From the human T2T-CHM13v2.0 reference genome, Homo sapiens, in NCBI RefSeq assembly GCF_009914755.1, contig NC_060934.1: a stretch of DNA of 64,000 nt; one strand, written 5' to 3'. A program made the translations under genes and the position numbers. The notes under the pieces are model-generated. The model was given only the letters and a program-made list of their open reading frames with translations, was not told the origin of the DNA and ran no database searches. Shown here piece by piece: positions 50,115 to 64,000 of the stretch; the stretch's first letter is position 1; the number at the start of each line of letters is the position of its first letter.

Positions 50115-51945
50115 CAACTAGCTATTAAAATATCTTTCATTTAGGAATCACAGGCCTGTGAACAATTCAATACAGCAAAACAGCAGTGCTGTGCAGGTCT
50201 GCGCACTTCTTTTGTGTGGATCAAAGGATTTTGCCTTTAATGCACAACCTGTCTTCTCTACCAGACTAGAAAGGAAACTCCTTACCACTAGGGACTTTTT
50301 ACTGATCTTAACTTCCTGCAGTGTCCAGCACAAGGCCTTGTGCATGATAGGTACTTTCAAAACATTTTTAAAAATGGAAGAACTACATTAAACGTGAGCG
50401 ACCAACTCTCAGGTGGTTGGGTTTGCGAGGTCACCCACGAGATGACCTTGAGCTGATGCGAATGGTCCATCTTGCTGCAATCAGCAGAACTCAGCCTCTG
50501 AACGCCCTCACTGCACCGCCACACTAAGCACACTAGAGTCAAGGACTATGGGCAGCCAAGTGCGTCCAAAAACAAATGCCCCTGCCTGACGGCCCATGAC
50601 TCTGTCATCATAATGAGCGGTGAGCTCCAGGCACCGGATGGTCCCGTGTAATTAATTATGCAGCGTCGTAAAAAGGCAGGCAGGAAATGTCCTCTGGTCA
50701 ACCGGGGAGGGCAGAGTCCTGGGGGCTGAAGAGGGTCCCGCAGGTGGAAATAAGCACCCAGGAGCTTTGGGGGATCTTGCTACACTTGCTTCTGTTGTCC
50801 AGGGGGTGGGCTCCCTAGACACCTGAGAGGCACAGCATTCTTGTGTCAGGACAGGGCTGAGCTGCAAAGCCCCTGTCGCCTCCCACAGCAAGGGCAGGTA
50901 AACCTCAGTGATCCATACCCCACCGACCAGCTGTAGTTTAGAAATTTCACACACACGCGCGCGCACACACACACAGAGTTGGAATGCAAAGTATGCATTA
51001 ACTTAATGTGGTTTTAAAATTATTAAATATCCCTTATCAACCAACTAGAAATGTGCAACTAATATTAGCGGTGGGAGGAGGGTTCTCGAATTCTAAACGG
51101 TAGATTCTGTTTGAGGTGTCTAAACTAAGACAAAAAATTTCACATGTGTGACTCATCCAAACCATTAGAGGGCGACCTTCACCTTTACAAGTCTTTTGAG
51201 CAATTGTGGGGGGTGGTGGGGGAAGGCAAGATCCTGACATGTATTGAATGGACTTTGTGTTGTAGACTAAGGCACTATGGAAGAAAAATGGTAGCTACCA
51301 AAATTAATATACAAATATTGCTAAAATGCCATATCTATTTTGCATAGAGTGGAACTGAATCAATTGTATCTCTTGAATTTTGCTTTAGCTCTGCCTAAAT
51401 TGACCTAAAGTCCTCAGTCAATTCCTTCATCCTTGGAATTTAGCCAAGGATTTGTGTTAACAGACTGTTTCGTTGCATTTTTCTATTTTCCAAATAAGTG
51501 AGTTGATGCGCGACAGGATTGTTTATGAGGGGGGGATGAGTTCTGCAAGAGCCCACCAGAGGGAGCCAAATGACTGCTTTAGAACCCTTCATTCACTGCT
51601 GCTTTGCTTTTCCTCTTTGGGAAGCTGCTTAATCAAACCCATTGAACACCCTTCCCTCCCCTCCCACCACCCGAGACACTTAAAAAATTAGAAGTAATCC
51701 TAGCACCAGAAATGCACATTCCGTATTTTCTTAGCCCACAGACTATGAACAAACAAATAATACTGCTGTGGCGAGGTATTTTAACAGTGTGAAAATTGCC
51801 CACTTAATAGGGAATAGAATAATTAAAGAGATCTTGGCTTAGGAAAAAAAGTGAAACGGCGGACACACAGTGAGAAAAAAATCCGGTCAAGTACAGTGAC
51901 CTGCCAGGGGATGGGAGAGAATTCGAGAACCAATTAGGATTCTAA

Positions 51946-52392
<447 letters not shown>

Positions 52393-52536
52393 GACTGTTT
52401 CTTCTTATGCTGTGATGGGGGTTAGCTCTGCTAGGAAGTTTCTAGACGAACACATCCTCCCTGGTTCTGTGCTGCTTCAGACCTATGAGACCCTCTGTTC
52501 AGATCAACAGCATTTGCCCACTGGCATTTGCCATTA

Positions 52537-52944
<408 letters not shown>

Positions 52945-53219
52945 CTACCCACAACCTGAGGGGCTAATACATCTTTCCTCTTATGTGGCACACACTTTGT
53001 AATATATTATAGCTCCAATTCAATTCCATAGTTATTTTTAATCTGACTTTCCTATTAAACTGTCAGTTCCTTGAGAAAAGAATTTTGTCTTAATACTCTC
53101 CCTAGCCCCAGAACCAAGCAGGATGCAATGCACACACTAGGAGTAATTCAATGTTATGGATAAATGATATCTTTATGAACAAGGTGTAAAATAATAAATA
53201 AGAACTAAGAGACAGCAGG

Positions 53220-53450
53220 TATTTACATGGTGCCAGTCTCGGTCTAAGCACTAGATGTGTTCACTCATTTCATCTGCAGAAATGCGCTGTGAAACAGGGG
53301 ATAGGCACTACAAGTGTCTACATTTTTAAATTGGCAAAACTAAGGTGATGGATGAGGAGGATTAAGTAACTTGCCCAGGGACACGAGTAGTAGAAGCTGA
53401 GACTGGGGTTTGAACCCCAGGAGCCTGATGCCAGAGCCTATGCACACAAC
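53220..53450 (-). mobile_element. MIR
   Basis: TTAAGTAACTTGCCCAGGG...GGGTTTGAACCCCAGG. Confidence 0.75.
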
Positions 53451-53574
53451 CGTAAGACCATAAAGAGCCACACCAGAGAATGGAGACAGGATGGTTATGC
53501 AGGTCACAACCTGCTTAATGACTATACTCAAAGTGTGCTGATTAATTCACAACCAATAAAATCTTGACTAGAGT

Positions 53575-53975
53575 AACATGTTACTTCCCTCAATGTGTTA
53601 GGTAGGGCAAAAAGCTGAGCTACTGGAACAAGAGAACACCCCTTCCAAATATAATGGCTTAAAGACCAAAAAGCACGCATTTTTCACTCAAGTAATAGTC
53701 TGGGGTGTGTGTTCTGTGTCAGTGAGCAGCTCTGCTCCGTGTGGTCATCCAGGGACTTGAGATCTTCCATCGTGGAGCTCTGCCATCCCTGAGGGCCTTT
53801 TCTCTGTGTGGCTGGGGCTGGGCCATACTGTGTCCAGGCTGCACCCAGCAGGAAGGCAAAAGAGACATGGGGAAGGCACACTCACTGTCTTGACGCCTCA
53901 TCTTTGGGGAGAACTTAGTCATGTAGCCACATTTAACTGCTGGGAAATGAGGTCTTGCTGACTGGAATATTATTT
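53575..53975 (-). mobile_element. Old MLT1 LTR
   Basis: CTCCGTGTGGTCATCCAGGGAC...GAACTTAGTCATGTAGCCACATTTAACTGC. Confidence 0.6.
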
Positions 53976-53979
53976 GGCA

Positions 53980-54345
53980 AAAAAGGAGGAATCAAGTACT
54001 GATACATCCACAGTGTGGGTGAACCTAGAAAACATTAAGCTAGTGAAAGAAGCCAGTCACATAGGACCACACACTGCATGATTCTCATTATATGAAATGT
54101 CGAGAGGAGGCAAATCTACAGAGCTGGAAAGTAGATTAGTGATTGTCAGGAGCTGGGGGGATGAGGAGATTGGGGGTGACAGCCAAGGTGTGGGGTTTCT
54201 TTTGAGGGTAATAAAAATGTTCTAAACATGATTGTGGTGATGGATATAATATATTGCGAATCTACTAAATATACAAAGTCATTAAATTTACACTTCAACT
54301 AGGTGATTTGTATGATGTGCTAATTACACCTCAATATAGCTGTTG
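53980..54345 (+). mobile_element. L1MB 3' end
   Basis: GTACTGATACAT...GAAAGAAGCCAGTCAC...AGGCAAATCTACAGAG...CTCAATATAGCTGTT. Confidence 0.8.
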
Positions 54346-54725
54346 AAAAGTCATCATCAGCTAGAACAACAGGCTCAAATCAACCCGATGAAATGTATCA
54401 TAGCTCCAGGGAAGAGCCAGCGGTGTCAGCGAAACTCCATTTCACAAGAGCAGGATGGGAGAGACATGGCTGAGCAGACCCCAGTGAGCTGCAGAAGGAT
54501 TTTGGCATGTCATAAGCTCAGGGCAAGCTGCTGAAAGAGTTAAAGTCACTGAATTCAAGATTGTTCTCTCGCAGTTTAACTTCCAGGGGCTGTCAGGAGC
54601 TTTAGAGAGTCAATAAAGCTCCAAACTCACTATTAGGAAAAATAAACATGAAAAATTGACATCTTAACGCAGTGACTGCCAAGGATTCAGTGTCAGAAGA
54701 GTCCAGCTGGCCTCAGATTTTTTGA

Positions 54726-55053
<328 letters not shown>

Positions 55054-55886
55054 TGTCCCCTGGCTGTGACTTCAGCCCCTGGAGTGTGCCCATCAGGGAC
55101 AGTGGAGATTAGAGTGAGAAATTTCTTTAGTTTGGGGCTTTTGGGGTTAGAAGCGTGGGGCAGGGTAGGTATGTCTTGGTGACAAATGGCCAGGGTTCCC
55201 GAGGACACACCAACAAAAAAAGAAAATGAGGCTGGGGGGAGCCAGAAATCAAGCCTCAAGAGAAGGAAATCAAAATTGCAGCAGATACAGTATCTCTAAA
55301 CACCTCCCAATCATGCTTCCTTATCTCTGGCTTTCAACACCTCCTAAAACGTCAGTTTTACCTTCTGCCATTTGCACTCCATCCCTTACCAAAAATAACC
55401 TGAGGAGGACAGAATGGAAAATGTGACGTATAATTATTGCTCCGACTAGGTTTAGATTTTACCTTTGAGCTACCTGACAGAAAGACAATGGGATTATTTA
55501 AATAATTCTCATTTTCAGAAAGAAGAAAACATACCAAATTCTTAAGATATAAAAGATCTACTGACATAGCAGCTAAACAAAATTTTGACATGAATTTATG
55601 TTTTAAAGGATAAAATCTAGAAATGGAAAAGCATTTTTGATAAAGCATGGCTTTATGATTCATATGTATTGCTCGGAAGTTTCTGGTGCTTTGATTAGTT
55701 CTACCAGAGAGCTACATATATTGGAAATCAATGTAAACAACTTAATTTTCCTATAATTCAGCCAACCCCACCCCTGCATCCAGCAATTATTTATGTCCCT
55801 GGTAGGTTGTAGCACTGAGGTGACCGAAGGAAGGTATATTAGAGGATGAGAATGGTACTTGCCTTCAAGAAACCTAGTTGACAAGT

Positions 55887-56200
<314 letters not shown>

Positions 56201-56811
56201 ACTTAGCTGGGAGGCAAAACACATGAAATAATTTGAAATGGGAAATGGCAGAAACTGAACTACTGCTGTGGGTAGCAGTTAGTCACCTTAGCTTAGTAGT
56301 GGAGGATTCCAGGAGAGATCAATAAGAACCACAATTGTAAATAAAGACCCAGAACAAAGGTCTGGAGAGCCCATCTCAAGAATTTGGACCAATCTCCTTC
56401 ATAAAGAGGGCATGAGGCTCCCACTCACCCAAGAAAGGCTGGTCCTGTGCCAACAAGGCCAGAGAGCTGAAACAGCCAAGCCACAGGCCTCATTACAGGA
56501 CAGCCGTCCCCCACAACAGATGCAGCCCCACCCAAACAAGAGAGTTTGGGGACAAAGGAGAGCTAAATCTCCTGGCCATCCCCGATCCCCCAGCCCCATT
56601 TCAGCATCACTGGGGCCTCAAAGGGGCCAGGTGGCATTGGGGGCAATTCTGCCATCAGCCCCTGGGAACTGGCATTTTTAATCTGCTCAATTAGGAATGT
56701 AAGGACATCTCACTTCCATTTGCCAGGCTGGCAGGGAGGGTGTGCCGACAGCCAAATGCGCTTAGTGTTGCTGAGCAAAAGTGGAGGAAATTCAACAGAA
56801 ATGCAACCTCC

Positions 56812-57246
<435 letters not shown>

Positions 57247-57794
57247 TCAGGATAATAATAGACAGTGATTGCTTTTGCAAAGATTAAGGCAATGCCTGTA
57301 ATGTGCTCAGGCCCGATACCTGTATAGAGAAGGCACAAGTTTAGCTGCTAGGACACGGCTGATTTCTAGCATTTTCGTTCTTCCTTCTGGCGTTTTTAGT
57401 CCCTCCACTCCTGGAGGCCACATTCAGACTAGGTCTCTCCTGGGATGCAAGGAGAGAAGGTTCAAATACACTACCGTGAAGAATCGCTCTGCATATCAGT
57501 GTCTCAGCAACAAGTCAAGCTGTTGCCTGAAAATGTCTGGAAGTTCATGGAACTTTTTCATGAAACCCAAGGGTGTGGCTTCTGGGATTGCAATGTGCAG
57601 CGGCATCATTTACAGGGCTCGCTCACCTTCTTTTGCTCTGTGCCTCACCAGGAAGAAGTGGGGTTGTGGGGGAAGCTGTTTTTATACCCTGGAGGCTCAA
57701 TCTGTCCTCCCCTACTTCCACTCCTGGCCTTCTCTTTCTTTTGCAGCTCACAGCACATGAATTAACCATCCCGTTACCCAAGGTCTGTGCCAGG

Positions 57795-58790
<996 letters not shown>

Positions 58791-59029
58791 GGTCTTTCTT
58801 TTCATCTATGGTGACATCCATTCTGTCCCCCAAGATGTATTTCTTACAGAGAAGGCACACGCCATCCCCTTGATTTTTCTTTTGCCTTGGCCTAACAGGC
58901 TGGTCAAATCCTGCTAAGCCCCTATGCCTGTGGACAAGGGTAAAATTTGTCATCCTCCACGGGACCCATCACTGAGAGTCTGTGTTAGAGAGTAGGGAAT
59001 GGCCAAAGAGAGCCAGGCATGGAAGAATC

Positions 59030-59156
59030 TGGAATCCCAGCCACCCGGGAGGCTGAGGTGGGAGGGTCACTTGAAGCCAAAAGTTTGAGAACAACCTGGG
59101 CAACATAGCAAGACTCCACCTCTAAAAATAAGTAAAAAAATTAAAAATTAAAAAAA
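59030..59156 (+). mobile_element. Alu monomer (FLAM-like)
   Basis: Single arm with an A-rich tail. Confidence 0.75.
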
Positions 59157-59929
59157 TGAAGAATGGCCACGAAGGAGAGATTGAACAGATAGGTGTGGGT
59201 ATGTTTCTAGGTTGCTGAGCACACCCACATTCCTCATGATAAACCTTCAGTGCTCCCCAGTCTCCTCAACACCACGAACCCCATGGGCCCCAAGGTTTAA
59301 GAGACTATACATGTGTCCATTTAAAGCTAATTTTCCTAACTTTGTTAATCAGAGATACATATGACTTCCAACCAAAGCCTGTGATTAGCATGATGTTGCC
59401 AGAGCTATCACAATGAGTTCACAGAATTCCAGGTCAAAACAAAGCCAGGAAGCTTTAGAAATCCTGCCCAGTCCTATCGGCAGTAAAGATTTCATTTCTC
59501 TAAGTGTTTAATATTGAAAATTCTTGGTTTAGCCCCATTACCATCTCCATGGCTTCCTGAAGTTCCCAGACTCAGAACTATCAAAAGATATTTTATTTGT
59601 GTGATCCATTCACATCCAGAACTTTACTCCTCAGTACCTACCTCTTTTCACCCAAGTGTTATTTCTGAGTGCCCTTCAGCTCTGTGACTGCTGGGATGGT
59701 TTTTTTTTTTTTTAATTGTATTGGGAGATTCACTTCAAGGTCAGATTAGATTCTGAGCTGGCGTATATAGCAATGTCAATATCTATTGTGAGCCTTGGGG
59801 ATCCCATAATCTGATAAAAAAAGCTTTCTCCAGTCTGTCCCTGAGAAGAAAAAGGCTAAAAGCCAATCCCCTGGAGTCTCCTTTTATGGGCCATATGCTT
59901 CCACTCCATAAAGGGTTAAAGCACATACT

Positions 59930-60680
59930 TCTTGCCAATGGAAGCGTAAACTCTTAGAACCACTGTGGGGAACAGTACAGCATTAAATCTACTGAAGATA
60001 TCCACATCCTTAGACAGACGCAAAAAATAAATTCTCTTTTGCAACTCAGAGCTCATTGTGCGGTATGAGCTTTGATACATATAAGAAGGAATATTATGAA
60101 AAGAAGAAGAAAAAGATACGCATGTCCTATGACCCAGAACTTCCACTCCTAGGTTTATCCTCAAAGAAATGTCTGCACACGCATGCACTAAGAAACGTAC
60201 AAGACTGTTCACAGCAGCATTTTTCCTAATGGTCCAAACTGGAAACATCTACAGGAAAATGATAGACAAATAATGTTGCATTCACACAATGCAACACTAT
60301 ACAGCGATTAATGAATTTTGCCACATGCAACAACATGGAGGCACCTCACATTTATAGTGTTAAAAAAAAAGAAAGCAGAAACAAAGAAATGTTTTATGAT
60401 TCCATTTCCATTAAGTTCAAAAGGTAGATAAAATTCTCATGTTTAAGGATTCAGACTTAGGACACAACATTCTGAAGAAAAGGAAGGAAACAGTGACCAT
60501 AGAAGCTTGACAGTCATTACTGTTGGAGACGACAAAGGGGATGGTGACTGAGGGGGATATAAGAGGTATTTCTGAGCACTGGCAGTATTCTAGCTCTTGA
60601 GCTTGGTGGTGCTTGTCTTGTGATAAATCCTTGAGTTGTGTATTTCATACATTTTTCTATGTGCTGTATTTCAACTTTTT
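59930..60680 (+). mobile_element. Old L1ME/MD 3' end hosting the snoRNA retrocopy
   Basis: CCTATGACCCAGAACTTCCACTCCTAGG...TGCAACAACATGG. Confidence 0.7.
60011..60096 (+). ncRNA. 5'-truncated H/ACA snoRNA retrocopy, SNORA40 (ACA40)-like pseudogene
   Basis: Matches the recalled SNORA40 3' half (GCAAAAAATAAAT-CTCTTTTGCAAC-CAGA-CTCATTGT...TATGAG-TTTGATACATATAAGAAGG-ATATTA). H box, hairpin and terminal ATA-NNN present; A-rich tail at 60099-60112; TSD at 59995-60010 / 60113-60128. Confidence 0.8.
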
Positions 60681-62009
60681 TTACAGCTTAAAATTTTTCT
60701 TCTGAACTATTTCTCTAAAAGCAAATTCTTTGTATTTAAATTTTCTATTTTTTGATTTTCCATTATAAAATATAAGCATGAGCATAAGAGAACATTTGAG
60801 AAAAATTAGAGAAGTGGAGGAGAAAATTACCTCAAATTCTTTTTCCCAAAGACAAAATGCTATGAACATTTTGGTATATTTCTTTCCATCTTTTTTCTAT
60901 CACTAGTTTTTGATGTTCTTTTTTTCATTTTAGATGGCCATTTTAATTCAAATCTACATTTTAATATTTTTCACTTAACATTATCTTTTCAACATTTTCA
61001 AAGTTATTACAAGCCCTCTGCATGATTATTTTCATGACCATGTGTGTCATTTAATAATGCATCATTAACCCAATGACTTATCCACTTAAACAACATTTAG
61101 GTTGTATCCTCATTTTGTTTATAAATAGTGTCATAGTAGAGCTTTTTGTGTACAGTGTTTTCCATATTTCAAATTATTTCCTTAGAACTGATCCCTAGAA
61201 ATGGAGTTTCTGGGGTTAAAAATAGTACTTTTGTAAGGTTCTTAATAAAAAGCACATCCTTTCTACCAGGTCAGAGTTCAAGGAGCTTAATGAGTTTGAA
61301 TAGGCTTACCATGGGTCCATTTAGAATAGTCCCTTGCAGAACTGAGCAAACCGGTCTACATCATCGAGCAAAGCCCTTCCCTAACTGCTGTTCCAGCCCA
61401 GTGATACCACTCAGATTGAGTTAATGCCCCTTCATCTATCTTCCCACTGAGATGCATAGCTTAGGTGTACTTAGGTCACCCAGTCAAACTCCCTAAAGGG
61501 GCAGAGCTTTAAGTTCATCAGTAAGTCCCTAATGCTGGCACAGCAATTCCAACAAGGTTTTAGAGTCTTCATTATAAAATGGGAATATTCATGCCTACTT
61601 TGAAGGAATGCATGTGAGTGTAAATGAGATTGTGCATGAAAAGTGTTCAGTATAGTGTCTACCACGTAACAAAGACTCTACAGACCTGAGGCTCTTCCTT
61701 TTCTCTTGGAGCTCATCTTTCTTCCCCAGTGGTGACAGGGTCAAGGCAGAGAGAAAAAAAGGAGGTAAATACTCAGGAAATAAAATAATGCCATATAAAT
61801 TGTGACTTTTGAGTAAATTTTATGAACAGGCAACATTTATGGAATGGAGGCACCGACCCCAAATCTTGCATCCACTTGGATTGCTACCACTCCTGAAACC
61901 ATTACCATTTGAGTCCTTCTTAGACGCTAAGGAATTGTCACCAGAAGGCGGAATCATTTGCTTCTCCACAGTTTTGTTTGGAGTAGTGTTTCTCCAAAAG
62001 TGGTTATTG

Positions 62010-62460
62010 GACTATGTTAGAATCACCTGGTATATTAAGTTAAGAAAAGCTAGAGGTTGTAACAAATGGTCCCCAAATTTCAGTAGCTGACAGCATAAAT
62101 ATGTAGTTATTGCTTATTACATAGTCCAGTGACTGTTGCAGATTGTAAAGGGTGATCTTCCCTACACACTCATTCAGGGGCACAGTTTTCCTTCCATCTA
62201 ATGTCTCTGCCATCACTCAGGGCATTTAGAGTCCTCTCTGGGATCCTCTGTACCAAGGTGGCAGATGACAAGAGGAGAAAAAGCCAACTTAGAGGATTTC
62301 AAGAGTGGTTTTAGGGACTAATGCTAGAAGTGATGTACCTTACTTTTGCCTACATTCCATTGGCCAGGACTGAATTACACAGTCCAACACAGCTGCAGGA
62401 AAGGCTGGAAACTGTAGTTTAGCTCTATACAAGAGAAGAAGGAAACAATTTAGTGATCTC
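62010..62460 (-). mobile_element. Old MLT1 LTR
   Basis: CACACTCATTCAGGG..., CATTCCATTGGCCAGGACT...GGCTGGAAACTGTAGTTTAGCT. Confidence 0.65.
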
Positions 62461-62506
62461 ATTGCATATCTAGGGTGCTTATTAAAAAATTATGTTTTCC
62501 AAAATT

Positions 62507-62645
62507 ATATACACACACATATATACATGTTTGTGTATGCATATACACACATATATACATGTATATGTATGCATATACATATAGATGCATATGCACACAT
62601 ATATATAATGTGCATATATAATATTATTTATATATATATATATAA
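62507..62645. repeat. (TA)/(CA)/(TG) simple repeat
   Basis: Directly visible. Confidence 0.85.
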
Positions 62646-63465
62646 TGTTTTTTCCTGATGCTACTAGACCCACCAAATCATAAGTTTTGAAGTTAAAGCT
62701 GATGACTTTTATAGGTACTGAAGTTGGAGTGCTGGTCCAAAGATGGCTTTGATGGTTCCAGCACTAACAGTAACACCTCCTCTTTTCCAAAGTCTATCAC
62801 TGTCATTGGTCTTCCTTAAATATCAGGCTGAGTCCCAAGAGTATTTTTTGCAAATCTTTCAGAAGTTGCAACAACTGTAGCATGAGGATTCTCAGGATGG
62901 TTTGTCCCCAACGCTAAGATTGCAACATCCCAGTAAGGATGTGAGTGAGCGTGCTGTTTGCCAGGTCTTTTTCTCGCCAGTTTTATTCTTACTCAAACAA
63001 AGGGAATATTGTGGGGCTTCACTGAGTGACACAAATGGAAGCTAGCCCACACAACTAAGATCTATTTGCTTTAGGGACACGGTTGAGGTCACTTTTCATT
63101 TTATGGGTACATCATTTTATGGGGGCACATGGGAGAGGTTTCTGTCTGATGTCAGTACTGCAAATAGTTGTTCTTCTGTGAGAAACCAGTTTACTTTTAT
63201 CTTAGACCCCGTGAATCATGACATTTATTGTGTTTTTTCTTTGCATTGGGAACAATGAGGAGGTTTGGAGCCAGAACTTTAGAGCATCTCCAGCAAGTGT
63301 ACAGAAATTAATTCCAGTTACATCTGATTTTTTCTACTTTCACTCCAAATATTTTCATTTACTTATTTTCTGATCTTGTTAAAGTACACATATTTGCGCA
63401 TACTACTTAATATGTATTTTGAATGAGCAGGGTATAAATAGATTTTTAACTGTTAAATATGATAT

Positions 63466-63885
<420 letters not shown>

Positions 63886-64000
63886 CTAGAGATCTCAGAA
63901 TAGATTCATTAATTAAAACCGCATATACCTTTCCAAGATGATTCTGTCTCAGTTATTTCTTTCCTGAGATAGAATCACCCCAATTTGGGCCCAGAGGCAG

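Overview
Primate (human-like) genomic DNA, rich in repeats, with no prokaryotic features. The first ~15 kb holds the last three coding exons and 3' UTR of MSRB2 (mitochondrial methionine-R-sulfoxide reductase B2, + strand). The rest is intergenic: Alu, L1, L2, MIR, MaLR/ERV LTR and DNA-transposon relics plus simple repeats. From memory this is human 10p12, between MSRB2 and PTF1A; PTF1A itself is not in the window. The most notable items are: (1) a full-length processed copy of YWHAZ (14-3-3 zeta) mRNA with an uninterrupted 245-codon ORF, nested in an MST LTR that sits in an L2; (2) a 5'-truncated L1PA2 inside an AT-rich minisatellite, broken at the RT FADD motif and next to a perfect hairpin; (3) a truncated H/ACA snoRNA (SNORA40-like) retrocopy with target-site duplications (TSDs); (4) a ~20-nt orphan retro-insertion in the MSRB2 3' UTR; (5) a micro-inversion with tandem duplications inside an old L1. 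I see no evidence of a wholly new multi-gene system. The best candidate for undescribed biology is the apparently constrained 14-3-3 zeta retrocopy. Repeat subfamily calls and comparisons with parent genes rely on recalled consensus sequences; repeat boundaries are approximate (about +/-10-50 bp for old elements).
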